Of a stretch of DNA of 64,000 nucleotides, positions 14,005 to 28,249 are shown in pieces. Source of the DNA: Gnetum montanum. Its lineage: Eukaryota > Plantae > Gnetophyta. A program made the translations under genes and the position numbers. Numbering within the stretch: the first letter of the stretch is position 1; every line of letters starts with the position of its first letter. Under the pieces are notes generated by a model. That model saw only the letters and a program-made list of their open reading frames with translations. It did not search any database and was not told where the DNA came from. The DNA lies in the NCBI GenBank assembly GCA_015680685.1, contig MNCI01000738.1, forward strand, positions 470,922 to 534,921. The letters run 5' to 3'.

Positions 14005-15705
14005 GATTGCTAGAATGAAAACCAAGGATCTTTGGTGCAACTAGTTTCCTAACCCCAAATCCCCAAGGCCTCCATGATAAAAATGGGATTCAAGGCATCC
14101 TAGCTGGTCTGGAAAATCAACCAGGGACTTATGAGATGCAAAGCATGGAAATATAAATAGATTCAAATAATGCACAAAAAATAAAATTTTCTTTTGAACA
14201 CAAAACTAAAAACCCTAAACTTTATTAAGAAAGAATAAAAAATAAGTTAAATAAATGTGTACAAATGGTGGCTAGATGAGCAAAAAAGGGAACTCACTTG
14301 AGCAAGAGTTCAAAGCCCATTGAAGTTGATGTGATGTGCTCCACGATCTAGGTGCTAAGCCACTTTTGATGTTATCAAACCTTCCTTCACTACTACAATC
14401 TTGGATCTACCAACTAGGCCACTATTGGGGGGTTGAGAAAGGTGGAAAATTTTGATGTCAAATTGCTCTACATTGGGGTTTGGAAATCCTAGAAATGTAG
14501 TGTTGAAACCAAAAATCCACTAAATCTCAAGGCCACAATCCTTCCACACTAGGGTTCAACAGAATGCAAGTATGGGAACTTGCAAGAGCTCTTAAGTGCT
14601 TGAAAATGTGCCAAGTATGAAATTGTGTGTATGAAAATTGGTTGATAATGCTCAAAAATTGCTGAACTATGTCAAAAATTGCTCAAAATTCTAGAACCTT
14701 GCAAGTGTTAAATCTTGTCAAAAATGCTAAACAATTGTTGGAGCCTTTAAATGATGTTTGAGGTTGGCTTTTATAGGATCTTTAGGCCATGAATGGGGCT
14801 GCAAATTGGCTATGAAATAGCTATAAATTGTCTACAAATTTAGGTGAGATGGATGCCTAAATTTGGAGGGTTACTATACATAGTAATTGCTTCCCCCATG
14901 GCCATTCCATTTACTATAAATAGTAACCAGGGCACACCTTCCACACTAGAGATGAATCTTCCATGTTGAGCTTTCCACCATGCTTGTTGAAGTGGTTAGT
15001 CAACATTGAAGTGCATGAATTAATGAAATTTTACTTTCATGGCTTCCATGCTAGGGATTGAATTTTCCATACTAGGGGAGGGGGAGAACTTTCTAAGCTA
15101 GAGGAAAAGTTTCCAAGCTAGAGGGAAACTTTCCAAGCTAGGGGGAAAGTTTCCAAGCTAGAAGGCAATTTTTCAATCTAGAGGAAAACATTTTAGGTTG
15201 GGGGGAAAAGTTTCTAGCTTGGGGAAAAGTTTCCAAGCTATGCATTTGGTCTCCATGTTAAAGGGGGGAAAGTTTCAAAACCTCCTATCCTTCCACATTG
15301 GGGGTAGGTGAGATCTATCCCCTGTAGGTGTTTCCAACATAGAAAAATGCATACCCCCCAATAAAACCCATCAAATTACCTTTCTAGCATTCCAAAAGGC
15401 ATTTTTGAGCCATCCACCCCAAGCCCAAATATAAACACTAGGTGACTTGTTTTACTTGAGGAATGAGGATTTGATCACTTAGGAGGCATTTTTCAGCCCC
15501 CAAAAGTATAATGTAAAATTTCCCATTGTGGATTACAATTTTACATTTACAATGAAATTTTGCCTTGGATTTCATGGGGTAAAAGCTATATGATGAAGAT
15601 TGGTTATAACATGAAAAATTTTGTGGTGTTTCAATGGCCCCTCTTTGTTGGTACCTAGAGGATTGACCCAAGAGGCACCAATAAAGAATACAAAACATCA
15701 CTACA
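14005..15705 (-). repeat. Second, tandem copy of the element B 3' LTR
   Basis: Aligns throughout with 12275-13882. It is followed by the same flank (tattataatgctacaatgcata) as the first copy. Confidence 0.88.
15085..15245. repeat. ~20-bp tandem repeat inside the LTR (aaagtttccaagctagrggg), about 8 units
   Basis: Direct reading. The LTR copies at 13345-13435 and 39780-39855 have fewer units. Confidence 0.85.
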
Positions 15706-15879
15706 TATTATAATGCTACAATGCATACAAACCCCATAAGAATCAGGCTATCCAAGTTACCAATGTTGCTAGTTTAAGGTTGTGGTGAGCCATGGGTACC
15801 AAATTAAGGCCCTAATAGGCTATGTTGCCAGTTTAAGGTCATAGTAGATCATTGAACATAGGCTCACTTGTTGATGATC

Positions 15880-18567
15880 TATGGGCTACATGTAGTATGG
15901 CTTTAGATAGGAATTGTTGACCAAATTGGCCAGCTCATTCCCATCCATGTTAGCTATTTTAAATGCTCTATTCTCATAGGTTCTAGTAACAAGAAATGGT
16001 CTATTCTCAATGACCCTTCTCATTAGCTGAGAATTTTTTTGCATGTGTCACATTGCTTAACCTTTTGCAAGAAATCATTTTTCATATGGGGCTAATAGTA
16101 GCCTAACCATCTAATCTTAGCAGCCATGGCTCTAGATCCTATATGTCCTCCACAAACATCCTTGTGAACCTCCTCTAGGATTGTTCTAGCTTTGGTTTTA
16201 CCTAAGCACTTTAGGAGTATGCCATTATAGACTCATCAACATAATGTGCTATCACCTACGATGACATGCCACTTCAATTGCTTATGTATGACATCCTTTT
16301 GAGAAGTGGTCAAGCCTTGTGAGGATTTACCATGCATAAAACAAAATTTGATATCATCATACCACTCCTTAGGAGGAGTAGTATGAATGAAGACCATAAA
16401 GGTATCCTTAGTGTTCTATGTGATAGGAGTAGCAAAGTCTACAATTAAGGTGGGCAACTTGCTAAACACATCTAGTATCACACTAAGCGCCAATGTTGCA
16501 ATTGCATCAACTATGAAAATTTTGTTTTTGGGTATGTGTTGGACATCAACATCTATGAATTGTTGTAATAACTTTATCCCTAGCTTTGCATGCATAGACT
16601 TTGGTTACCTCGTTAATCATAAGTTGTGAATCACCTTTGATGGCTAGACATATAATTCCTAGGCTATGAGCTACCATTATCCCTCTAATAAAACCCTCAT
16701 ATTCTACAATGTTGTTGGTACAAAAAAAAAACCCAGAACAATAGGCAAATGATTCGATTTTACCATATGGGAATGTTATGATGGCAACAATGCCCCATGG
16801 GTGGTTGAAGCTCTATTGAAGTTCATGATTGCCTCATAACCCTCAAGCACTTGGCTAATTATATTAATGTATTCATCAAGGAACTTAGGATCTATGACTA
16901 CTTGGTCATCAACAAGTAAAACTATGAGTTGTATGACTAATGCTTGACCTTTCATTAAGGAATGAGAGACATAATGGAGATTGAACTCTATGGTTATGGC
17001 TTTTCGTTGGCCTATATGGCTACTTTCATAGATGTTGGTTATTATGGCTCTAAGTATGTTGTTCTTGCAAATTACATTGACTTGACTTCTAAAGAGGTAG
17101 TGTCTCCATTTCGTCAAAGAGAAGACTAGTGCTAGACAATACTTTTCTACCTCAGTGTATTGAGTCTTATGGGTGACTAACACATGGCTAAGGTAGTATA
17201 TAGGCATTTCTACTCTATCATCATGTTTCTAACAAAGTAGAGAGGCAATGGATGTATTAAAGATGGTAAGATAAATGTAAAATAGTTTACCCTCTTGTAG
17301 AGGATAGACTATCAGTAGTTATGTCAATTCTTGCTTAAGGTTTTCAAAGGCCTATTGGCATTAAGCCATTCACTCATAGTGAGCTCCCTTCTTGAGCAAG
17401 CATTACATGGGCTACAAATTATCCATAAGCCTAGTAATAAACCTATGAATAAACTATAATCTACCTTAGAATCCACAAATCTCTTTATGGTAGGTGCTGC
17501 CAATTTGGATATGGCCTTAACCTTATCAGGATCTATGCATATCTGTACTTCAGAGACCACAAAGCTAAGCATCTTATCGATCTTGATACCAAAGATACAT
17601 TTCTTAGGATTGAGCTTAATCTCGTACTTGAGACATCATTTAAGCACAAGATCTAGGTTATTAGCATGATCATCAGCTATCTTAGACTTCATGGCTATGT
17701 CATCTACATAATCATTAAGCAAACTTAACATGTAATCACTGAAGATATAGGTCATGGCTCTTTGGTATGTCGCTCTAGCATTCTTATGGCTAAAGGGCAT
17801 CATGATATAACAAAACTCACCTCATGGGATCATAAATGTCATGCTAAGTTGGTCCTCTAGGTTGCTCCTAATTTCGTTATATCCTGAGAATCCATCCATA
17901 AAGGACTACAAGATATTGCTAGCTGTAGTATTAATAAGTTGATCAATACTAGGCAAAGGGAAGCCATCCATGATGGTTGCTTCATTTAGGTCTTGAAAAT
18001 CAATGCAAATATGAACACTCCCATTTTTCTTAGGAACTACCACTATGTTGGATATCTATTTTGCATAATCAATATCCCTAATGTAACCTACTTGGTAAAG
18101 ATTTGAGATTTCATTGTGGACTACCAAGGCCAAATCAGGTCTAATCTTGCACACTTTTTGCTAGGGTCCAGTATGATGTTGTGCTAGACTACACATGTAT
18201 CTAGGCCTGGCATATCTTCATATGACTAGGCAAATGCCTTAATTTTATTCTATAATATTTTGGTTATATCTTGACCACATTGAGGCTCTAGTGAAAAATT
18301 TAGTTGAAGGGTTTTCTCCTAACCACTATGTGTTATGATAGGAACTTCAACTAGAGGATCTTTGATTATGTCTACTACTTCTAAGTTAAGGGTTTTGACT
18401 AGGCTTTTAGGCCATTCTATAGGTTTCTCTATTAAGGCTATGTGGTCTACAAGACACTAAGGCTCAAGATATAGGTAATCAAGGTCAATGCACCATTTAA
18501 TATCATTGTGAGGTCCATGTAGATACAAAGGTAAACTGATTTTCTCTCAGGTACTCATACTTTGTTC
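15880..18567 (-). pseudogene. pol: Element B pol: RT, RH, aRH and an integrase lacking its catalytic core
   Basis: Homologous to A pol (PIYYLSHVLVTHKTQYTEVEKYCLALVF; ICIDPDKVKAI). Near 16050 the sequence jumps from the zinc-binding region straight to the INT C-terminus. Confidence 0.9.
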
Positions 18568-19199
18568 CTACATATCAACCAAAACCATATTAAGTGGCAC
18601 ATGGGTAAAAGTGAACAAATAATGTTAAAATGCCATAAAACATATGCAACTCTAATGCAATCAAGGCCATCCAAGGTCATTAGTGAGATAAGGTTAATTC
18701 GGAAAATTGCAATGGAGGCAAATAATAGATCACATAAAGGTTAAACAAGGGAAAGTATAAGGCTACCTATGGTCAATAAAGGTCACAATTTTACCAGTTC
18801 AAGGCCTTAGCAGGTCATGGTCATAAGTTGTCAAATGATGATTAGGAAAGGTCAAACTCCACTATTTGATACCATTTAAAGGTCAAACAAAGCCAAATAG
18901 AGCTGTGATAAGATGAGCAATGAACATATTAGGTTGTATAAAGGCTATAGAAGGTCAACCATATCACCAAGGCAACACAAGTCCAAAATCAAGCCAAAAC
19001 ATTATGTAATAAGGAAAAAATCAAGCAACACAAGTTATATATGATGAAATTTGATTAATATAGGTCAAAAAATGATTAGGTTTTGCCAATTTTAGGCCTT
19101 AGTTGGCCATGTTTTGAGACTATAGGGCTATTACATGAGTTCATGCATTAATCAAGGCTATTTTTGGGCTATTTAGACCAAAAATAAAGTGTTTTGAGG

Positions 19200-22050
19200 C
19201 TTCCACACTGGGCTCAACATGGAATCAAGGACCCTTAGTATGATGATCAAGAAAAATAGGTTTTGGGGTGCTTAAAGGTCCAAAATTGATGTTCTAGAGC
19301 CTTCCCAAGGTAGCGCAGGATCATATCCCCAAAAATTGGACTCTTTGAAGGTCTGTAAAGGCAAAAAAGTAGGTTCTAAAGTCCTCCCCCCTTGTTTCCA
19401 TGGTGGCTAGCATGGAAAACAAGGGGTTTACCATGGAAAACCAAAATCCAAGAAAAAATAAGGTCAAACATGGCCAAATAGGTAGTTGGAGTCCAAATCT
19501 AGAACTTGTACATCTCTTTAATTTTGTTTTCAAACAATTTGAGGCCATTTTGAATGTCAATAGATATTCAAATGTCATACCCCCCTTTTTCCACATTGAG
19601 CATAGTATCCTCAACATGGAAAAATAGGGGGATACTTATTTTATAAATTCAGAGTGATTTTGAGGTATTTTGACCAATTTTTTAGAGCCCTAGGATTGTA
19701 GACTTTGATTTTGCAAGTTTCTAGCTGATTTCAAGCATGTTTGAAGGTTATTTAAGGGTACTTAAGGTCTTTCCCTCCTCCCCCTATTTCCATGCTAGGG
19801 GAGTTACTCCAATGTGGAAAACTAGGGGGGGAATGAATTTTGGAAGTTGGAATAAAGTTAGATAAGAAAAATCTTGAGGCTATGAGATCCTAGGCTTCTT
19901 TCACATAGATCTGTGGCTTCCAGAAGTGCCATGTTATCTCAAAAAGTAGAAAAGCAACTTCACACCCTCTCCTCCCCCCTCCNCAATCGACCATGCATGT
20001 TACCTTGCGGGGTTGCTGAGGTCAAGGGTTATGGATCCATGTCAAAATTTAGCAGTTTTGGGCATTCTTGTGTGGTTTTCTGGCTTACCACACCACATCC
20101 CCCCCACCCTTTTTCTTCCATGCAAGGGATAGAAAGCTTAGCATGGAAAATAAGGGGGAGCATATTTTTTACCATCTATGATCAATTTTGTAATGTTTAA
20201 GGGCTCCAATAGCTACTAATAGGGTTCTAGAATGCATGAAAGATCATTTGGTATTATTTGAGGGGAAGAACCATTTTGGTATCATTTGAGGGGAAGAACC
20301 ATTTGGTATCATTAGCCATGAAAGATGCACATTTGGTTTTTTACCATCTATGATCAATTTTGTAATGTTTAAGGGCTCCAATAGCTACTACTAGGGTTCT
20401 TCCATGTTTAGGAGCCTCAAATAAGTTTCCCCTTAAGTTTCCACACTAGGGATACCACCCTTAATGTGGAAAAGTGGATCTCGAACATGGAAGAACCATG
20501 AAACTTAGATCTAGGCTAATTTTGACCTCAATCAACTGTGCATGTCAGCTTCTCGAGCTACTGAGGTCGAGGACTAGGGTTTGGTGTTAAGTTTTAGTAA
20601 GTTTAAGTATTTCTATGTGTTTTTTTGGCTTCCATCTTTTCTTCCATGTTGGGGATGGAGAGCTCAATGTTAAAAACAAGGGGGAATGAGTTTTTCACAT
20701 TCTAACATCAGTTTCTTGAAGTTCAAAAGCTCCAAACGATGCTGGCAAGGTCCTAGAGCACATGCAAGTTTAGTTAATGTTGTTCTAAGGTAGTTATGGA
20801 CTCCAAATGGGTTTCCCTATTAATTTCCATGTTGGGTAGCATGGAGGGGAGAATTTCCAATGTGGAGACACCATAAAACTTAGATCTAGCCATGTTTTAA
20901 CTTCAATCGACCATGCATGTTAGCCTCTAGGATTACAAGGGTTAAGGACTAGGATTTGGAGTCAAAACTAGTTATTTTATAGGTTTTTTAAGTGTTTTTT
21001 GAGCTTCGCCCTCTTTTCCATGCTAGGAATATATTTCTAATGTGGAAAATTTGGGGAAAATGAATTTTCATACTTTTGCATTGTTTTCATCATGCATGTA
21101 GGTCCTTGGGATTATTAGTGAAGATGGTCAATGTCTAATGTAAAAATTTTTCTTTTTTGAAGGTTGATGAGTGGCTTTAGGACCCTCCACCCCCCTTCCT
21201 TTTTCCATGCTAGGGCTTTCATGCTTAGTGTGAAAATTTGGGGAAATATCTTTTTGATGCTTTATGGTCACTCTTGGTCATGCATGTGCATTCACAAGGT
21301 TGCTAGCACTGATTGCTAATATATAATGATAAAATTTGGTTGTTCTAAGGGTCACTAGGTATTTTTAGGCTACCAATGTCAATGATCAATGTTGGGTGTC
21401 CAGATTCGATAGTTTGGAGATTTCTAAGTGTCTCATGCAATCTTTCCCCTTTCTTTCATGTTGGGCATAGTGACCCTAGCATGCATGATAGAGGGATAAT
21501 AGTTTTGTGCCATTTTTTGACCCATTTTAGGGCTTCAAGAAGCTCTAGAGGGTTCTGGTAGGGTCTAGGAATCACCAGGCATCAAGAAAACATCGTTATG
21601 TCATTAATTTAGGTTATTTTTGGCTTCCCCACTTTTATCCACATGGAGGGTGAAAGGCTTAACGTGGAAGAAGCCACCCCTAGCATGAAACACATCAAAT
21701 CCTATATTTCAACCAATTTTGACTAGGTTTGGTGAATTTCGAACGCTATTGGAGATGCTCAAAGGGGTTCTAGATCATGTGGGACCCACTTTAGGGTCAA
21801 ACTTGTGCTAGATGGATGTTGGGAGGTAAGAGTGAGTGTTACCCCCCTTCTTCCATGCTTAGTACTATTGCCCCAGCATCAAAATCCATGGTACTTAGCC
21901 TTACTCATGCTTTGCCCAATTTTGGAAACCTTGGGTTGAAAAAGGCAAGTCTAGGTTACCAAAAATAGAAAGATATTTGTAAATCTAATGAATTTGTAAC
22001 ATGATAAGCATGTTTCCATGTTGGGCATGGCATCCCTAGCATGGATGTAT
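19200..22050. repeat. Motif array of element B (ttccatgctag / cccagcatgga variants)
   Basis: Same motif and same position relative to pol as in element A. Confidence 0.7.
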
Positions 22051-22249
22051 GGGGTTAAGGTTGCCATAATGTTTTAAGTGTCAAAATTGGCAAAACATCT
22101 CAGTGTTAATGTAAGTTTTAGTCAAAAGTGAAGGCACAAGGTGGGGCCCATAATCCAAAAATTTAAAATTTTAAAAAGTGGATTTGTTTTCCACTCAAAA
22201 CCAACATGAACTAGACTTTCCTCTTGATGATTCATGTTTTTCACATCCA

Positions 22250-23111
22250 CGATAATAGGTATTTAATATTAGGGCCACAATGTCGAGTACCCGATATCGA
22301 GGCACAACCTCTGATGTCGGGCATTCGATATTGCCCCTTCCATGCTAGCCTATAAATACAACACTTGGGTGCATGGTTGGAATATACATTTTGGATAGAT
22401 TTTATATAGCTTTTTCATAGATTTTAAAGTAGTTAGAATTTTACTTTCTAGTGCATGCCCATAGTGAGATGTTAAGTGATTGTATGACATCCTTATTCAA
22501 GTGTGATGTACTTGGACATGTTACATGATCGAAAATAAAGATTAAGATTACTTTCATCATTGTAGCATCCACTTATATTTATTATTGCTTTCAATTATTT
22601 AATTGTTTACTATTTTCCTTAGTAACTATTTCCAATTATTTCTCTATTATTCTTGTCATTAAGCAGAATGAGTACAATTAATCACTAGTGCTTAACTGTA
22701 ATTACTTGGTAGGCCAGCAACGTATCATTTGGTATGCCCAGTGATGTATGTTTGGTAATCCCAGTAGTAGTTACATGAAATCCAAGTGTGTATAGATGAT
22801 TAAAAATAGATACTCATTGGACATAGGCTACTTTAGACTTTACTTTTCATTATCATTTATCTTAATTAATTAATCTATTTATTATCATTAGGAGTAGCTT
22901 AAGGCTAGACAACTTCAATCATCATATGCCTCACTCTAGACTAAACCATATGTGACAAAGCTACCACTAGTCCAAGTGGAAAGATAATGAATTGCAATCA
23001 AAGCATAACAATTTAGATACACAACTGGTCCCATCCATGGAATTTGACTGAATCATGCATGAGCACTTGTGATTCATATGGTTGGGCATAGGGGTACCTC
23101 ACCACTCATCA
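22250..23111 (+). repeat. 5' LTR of the Athila-like element (left boundary approximate)
   Basis: Aligns with 28250-29092; TATAAATA at 22351-22358; ends cactcatca just before the PBS. Confidence 0.85.
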
Positions 23112-23112
23112 T

Positions 23113-23130
23113 TGGCACCGTTGTCGGGGA
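23113..23130 (+). other. Primer binding site, tRNA-Asp type
   Basis: tggcaccgttgtcgggga versus the Athila PBS TGGCGCCGTTGCCGGGGA; the two differences are transitions at CG/CCG sites. Confidence 0.9.
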
Positions 23131-23233
23131 TGGTGCTAGTTATCTAGATTAGTTATATTATATATGATCACTATAAGTGTATTAATAATTTCTCTTTCAA
23201 ACAATATTAAATCACATACACCATAAACCAACA

Positions 23234-24370
23234 ATGTATCTTTCACAAGGAGGTGATAATGTATTATTCAGTGAAAACATTAATTGGAAAACTAATGAGA
23301 TATATGTTGAAGAAACTTGGAGTGACGAACCTTATGCAAGGGTTTCATATGTTTATGATCACCCTAACAACACTCAAGGACTACATTCACCAAAGGGAGA
23401 CAACCCTAGAGGAGATGAAGTAAGTCATGGACCAAGGAAGGCTTCAAGGCCTAGGACCTCCTCAAAACCTAGAAAAGATAAATCAAAGGATCATGGGGAA
23501 CACCATGGAAGCCATGGCAATCCTCCTAGTTTCTCATCTTCTTCTTCTTCCTCAATGTCTAGTTTTGACAAAGATGAATGCACATATAAAGACCAAGCTC
23601 ATCATTGGCATTGAAATAAACATAGGAATCAAAACCATGGGAAGAATCAAAGATGTCAAAATGAACATAGACAAAATCATCACAATCAAATGACTAGAAA
23701 TAGAAATTTTTATCACATGTCTAATGATGATAAGCCCTTGTTGGCCACTAAGAGTTTGATGTTGATCATAGAGGTAGTTAAGATACCCCACAAGGATCAT
23801 AAGCAAAGTTGCCTAACAAGGCTTGATATGAATAATATCCCTAAATTCATAGGAGGCTATGATTCAGATCCACAACATCATTTACAAGCCTTCCATGATG
23901 CATGTGCCTTATACAACATTGAAAGTGGATGGCAAAATCTTAATCTCTTTTCCATGACACTAATCGATAAAGGTGAAGTGTGGTATAGCTCTTTGAAACC
24001 AACTTCAATCCAACAATGGTTCACATCACTAGAATTCTTCAACAAGAAATACCAAACCTATGTGGGATTGTCCAACTTGAGGAGATAGATCTAAGGATGG
24101 AGACAAGAATAATGTGGACCCTTGGACATGGCCTTAAATCGATATTATTCTCTACTAAATAGATGCCTAAACCCTGGTTTCCCTAAGGAAGAGCAACTTT
24201 TCACATCATAGATGGGTTTTGTAATAAGCAAGGGAGATCATTGGGATGTATGCTCTAGATCAATTATATGAACTACAAACCCATCAGATCTAAGGGCTAA
24301 TCAAGCGTGTGGCAAAAGAAGAAGGAGAGCTATGTAAATGGGAGAATGTTTAGAAATATCACTAGGACAT
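23234..24370 (+). pseudogene. gag: Athila-like gag remnant
   Basis: IPKFIGGYDSDPQHHLQAFHDAC...LFSMTLIDKGEVWYSSLKPTSIQQW, a retrotransposon gag signature. Confidence 0.88.
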
Positions 24371-25329
24371 AACTCTTTAAGGATTGATGCCTACTTTGGA
24401 AAGGACACACTTGTGTAATTGTTGTGACTTGTACTTGTTTGACACAACCACATCATTTTAAACATTCCAAGTTCATAAATGATAAATTCAATTCTTTCCC
24501 TTATCATATAACTATTCTGTTCGACAACATAAATCTAATACACCTTTTCTTGCATCTTCCAAAACTTTAAATGCCCATGATTCCATCTTCTAAATACTTT
24601 TAATGCCTACATATAAATTCTCACTTACCCCAAAACTTTGGCTTTGACTGAAAATCCTTCCATCTATCATAGAGCTTTATTTTTCATGTTGACTATCCTC
24701 ATGGTATGTAAATTTGAGCATCCTGATATCGAGTCAGACTTGACGTCAAAAACTCAATATTAAGCCCATCAAAACTATATATAGGACCACCATGGTGTTC
24801 CAAAATCCATTACCATCATTTGCAGCTATGGGAGTTTTTGATATTTTCTCTTGCAATTAAGAGCTCTGCGCAATCAACTTCCACTTACAATATTTTGCTT
24901 CATATCACTTTAATTTTTGTGGTTTTTGAACCTATTTGAACTCAGAGTGTTCAATTTAGCTGAGGGAAGGTGCTTGCATGAAAAACTTGTGCTGATTTTT
25001 CCAAATTTGCTATTGCTTGGAAGGTATTATAAGGGTAAGAATGTTAAAAACCTTATGTCTTTTAATGAAAAATCAATCATATGGATGTCAAAACTCTAAT
25101 TCTCTCATCCAAGGAATTATAACTATCATTATCAACCATACATAAGGAAAAAGAAACCAATTGTGGAGGATCATGAAAGAAGATTAACACTTTTTGGGCA
25201 TTTTTCTGAAAATTTTTCTAACTTTGCAATCATATGAGTGAAAGAACTTAATGAAACTAAGGTTATGAGTAAGGTATAAACCTAATTATGATAAATAACA
25301 ACACCTTAGTAACATCAAACACTTAATTG

Positions 25330-28010
25330 ATTATATATGGTTTTAAAAGAGGAAGACAAGAAGAACCTTTGCAAGATGTAGCCAAACACTTGAGAGGTGG
25401 TAGAGGTTGACTAGGAGAATACGGCCCACCAACCAAACATGAGGAATAGTAGGCCTGATCATTTAGCATTCATCAAGAGGCTCCTGCTATAGGGTAGTTG
25501 GTCTAAGGAGAGGCTACAGAACCACAGGCTCTAGTGTAAGAACAATGCCTCACATTGTCCCAAGAATGCCTTGAAGCCATCTAGGAAAAATCCATGTTGA
25601 CCATGATCATCATGAAAATGAACTTTAATCCTTTATGGCATTTTCCCCTAAAGTAGTTCAAACTCAACTCTAGGCATCACCATTATGGAACATCCTTTCA
25701 AAAAGTGGAGAATGGTACCTCAATGAGACGTACCAATTTTGGCATAACAAGCAAGAAGGCACCATAGTTAACATCGGTAGAGTCACTATATCTTTTCCAA
25801 TCAAAGCAATCATAGAGGCTCTGAATCTACCAAACATGGTAGCCAAGTTCGCACATCTATCCACAAGGTCCAATCTAGAAACTAGAAAATTGTGGCTAAA
25901 GAGGACATATAACAAGGACAATAAGACATACAATAAGTTGACTTTGGAAGAGATGACCTATTTTAATATAGCACATACCACCTATTCCCAACTAAAGGGC
26001 TCAATAGAATATCAACTTATGTAGCCAGGGGAAGTGCAGTATTAATGGGAAAATACAATATTAATCTTCCCCAAAAGTATTTCATGAAAATCAAAAGGCA
26101 ATTTGAGTAAAAAAAAAAAGGTAGAAAAGCTAACACTCCCATTCCCTTGCCCAATTAGGAAGCTATGTAAGTGCAATGGAATTCTAGGATACACCAATGA
26201 TGTTCCTAGAAGGGATTAGAATGCTTCTTTTACTAAGTTACTTAAACCTGCAACATCAAGGAAAGTCCTTGGTAAAGAATAAGAAACAAAAAAGGAGCCA
26301 AAACTAGAAAAGGAAACAGAGCATGAACCCAAGCAGTGGTGTGAGCCACAAGTTCCACCACCACTACCACAAGATTGTTGGCTTGCAATGAGCCATCTGC
26401 AATGCATTACTAAAACTCTTAGATGGGGAAGTAGGAATGAATCAAACCTCTTCCAACTTATCAATGATCCCATGTAGCCCATCATTTCTACTGGCCCATA
26501 AAGAGGGTAGATTTCTTTACAACTAGGAGGGGAAGCCCAATGGTCACAACAAATCTCTAGGAATGTTGTATCTTTTCAGGTGATGTTCAAAATAGGAGAA
26601 GGTGCCACAATAGTGATCATACAACATCAAGATGTGGTAGGCACAATAGAGGTAATAACAAATCACATCAAAAAATCTTTTATTTGTGTCTATTATGCCC
26701 TTAGTGGACTTAAATAGGATTAGAGATGCACAAATGTTTGCTAGGACTTTAATGACTCCTACAATCCATAAGGATGTACTTGATAGATTACTGTAGACTA
26801 GACAAGTAATGAAAACCCTTTTTAACATCCCCAATGATGTCACTACAATGCAATCAGATCTCATCACCACAAAAGGAAAGCTAGTCATGGCTAAGACCAT
26901 GGTAGAACATGTAGAAGTAGAAGTGCATCAATTGCAATAAGAGCTAGCTACATTGAGAGCTAAAAGATGGAACCCTATCCAATTGATCGTGCATGACCAA
27001 CTAAACTAATTCTAAATGCAACAACTAAAACAATTAATTAAAGAAAAACAAAGCTATTGAGCAAGAGAAGTAGAAAGTGATTTGGAATGCCTTAGATATT
27101 GAAGCTCAAGCATATGCCCATGCAAAGGCATTGACTGCCACACAAGAAGAAAATAAATAGCTTACCACTAATAATGTAAGGTTGACCACTATAGAAAATA
27201 GAGGAACATCTTCAAAGAAAGCATTCACCAATTGAGAGAACAACTAGTGAGGGTCAACCAAGACATCAGTAAATTGGCCAAAGAAAATCAAACCCTCTCA
27301 ATGGAGGAGGTCCACACAATTTATCAAAAATCACCAATTGAGATAAGCACATGGAAAATGAAGCCAAGAAACATGAAAAGCTAAAGGAGCACTTCCAAAA
27401 CCAAATTCACATGTACAAATAGATCAATGAAAAAGAAACCTAGATGTCAACGAGAATCTTAACTAGTAGCCAATCTTGGATAGCTATGCCTTGGTTCATT
27501 AAGTGGAAGTAGAGAACAAAGACCTACAGATTAAAGATTTAAAAGAATACATGGCATTGGCTAACCTTCAATATGCCAACCTTGCCATGTTAGTAGCAAG
27601 TTGGCCTAGAAATGAACTAGAGCAACAAGTAGCGGCCACCTATGCATTATATGAAAAAGAGTTTGTAAATAGGAAAAATGCTCTCTAAAAAATCCACGTG
27701 GCAAACACAAAATTGAAGGTGACTAAGGCCTGCTACCATGGACATAGAGATGTAGCCTCAGACCTAGCTAGAAGATTAATAAATCACCATGAATTAAAAG
27801 AAAAGGCTAGGGCCTTCAAGGAGGAATGATAATAGTTTGTGGCTTAGTATGTGAAAGCAAACAGAAAGTTTCCATGGCTACCATGCCCATGGGATGTACC
27901 AATTCCAACACACATCAGTTCAATAGCCTAGATGGTACAGGACATAAGGAAAGAGCAGGAAACATTATAGGTGCTCATAAATTGCTACAAATTTCTAAAG
28001 CCTGGTGACA
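25330..28010 (+). pseudogene. Athila ORF2 / env-like protein remnant with a long coiled-coil tail
   Basis: Manual translation gives VNIGRVTISFPIKAIIEALNLP (~25767), GKYNINLPQKYF and KLTLPFPCPIRKLCKCNGI (~26127), resembling the LPFPxLIxxLC motif of Athila ORF2. An E/K/Q/L-rich region spans 26900-27830. Confidence 0.65.
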
Positions 28011-28249
28011 AAGGAAAGTGATTGATGGAAGAGCCACCACCTCTAGGAACTACATGAGCTTTCCCAATTTTGTGTCTTGTCATGTTGTGTTCATATTTTT
28101 GTAAAACACCACTATGGCATGAAAGAGTCAATTTGTGTATTTATTTAAGTTAGTTAATAATCCCATACCTTCTCAATTTTTTGTAAAGAACTTGTGCCTC
28201 ATTTTTTTTAACTCAAGGACAAGTTTTCATTCAATTGTGAAGGTATCAT

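Noticed and set aside
15085-15245. CRISPR-like regular repeats
   Set aside because: Tandem units without unique spacers, inside a eukaryotic LTR, with no cas genes.
20160-20400. Near-identical local duplications
   Set aside because: Close to the N at 19983 and too identical for their context; probably a gap-filling artefact, though not provable here.
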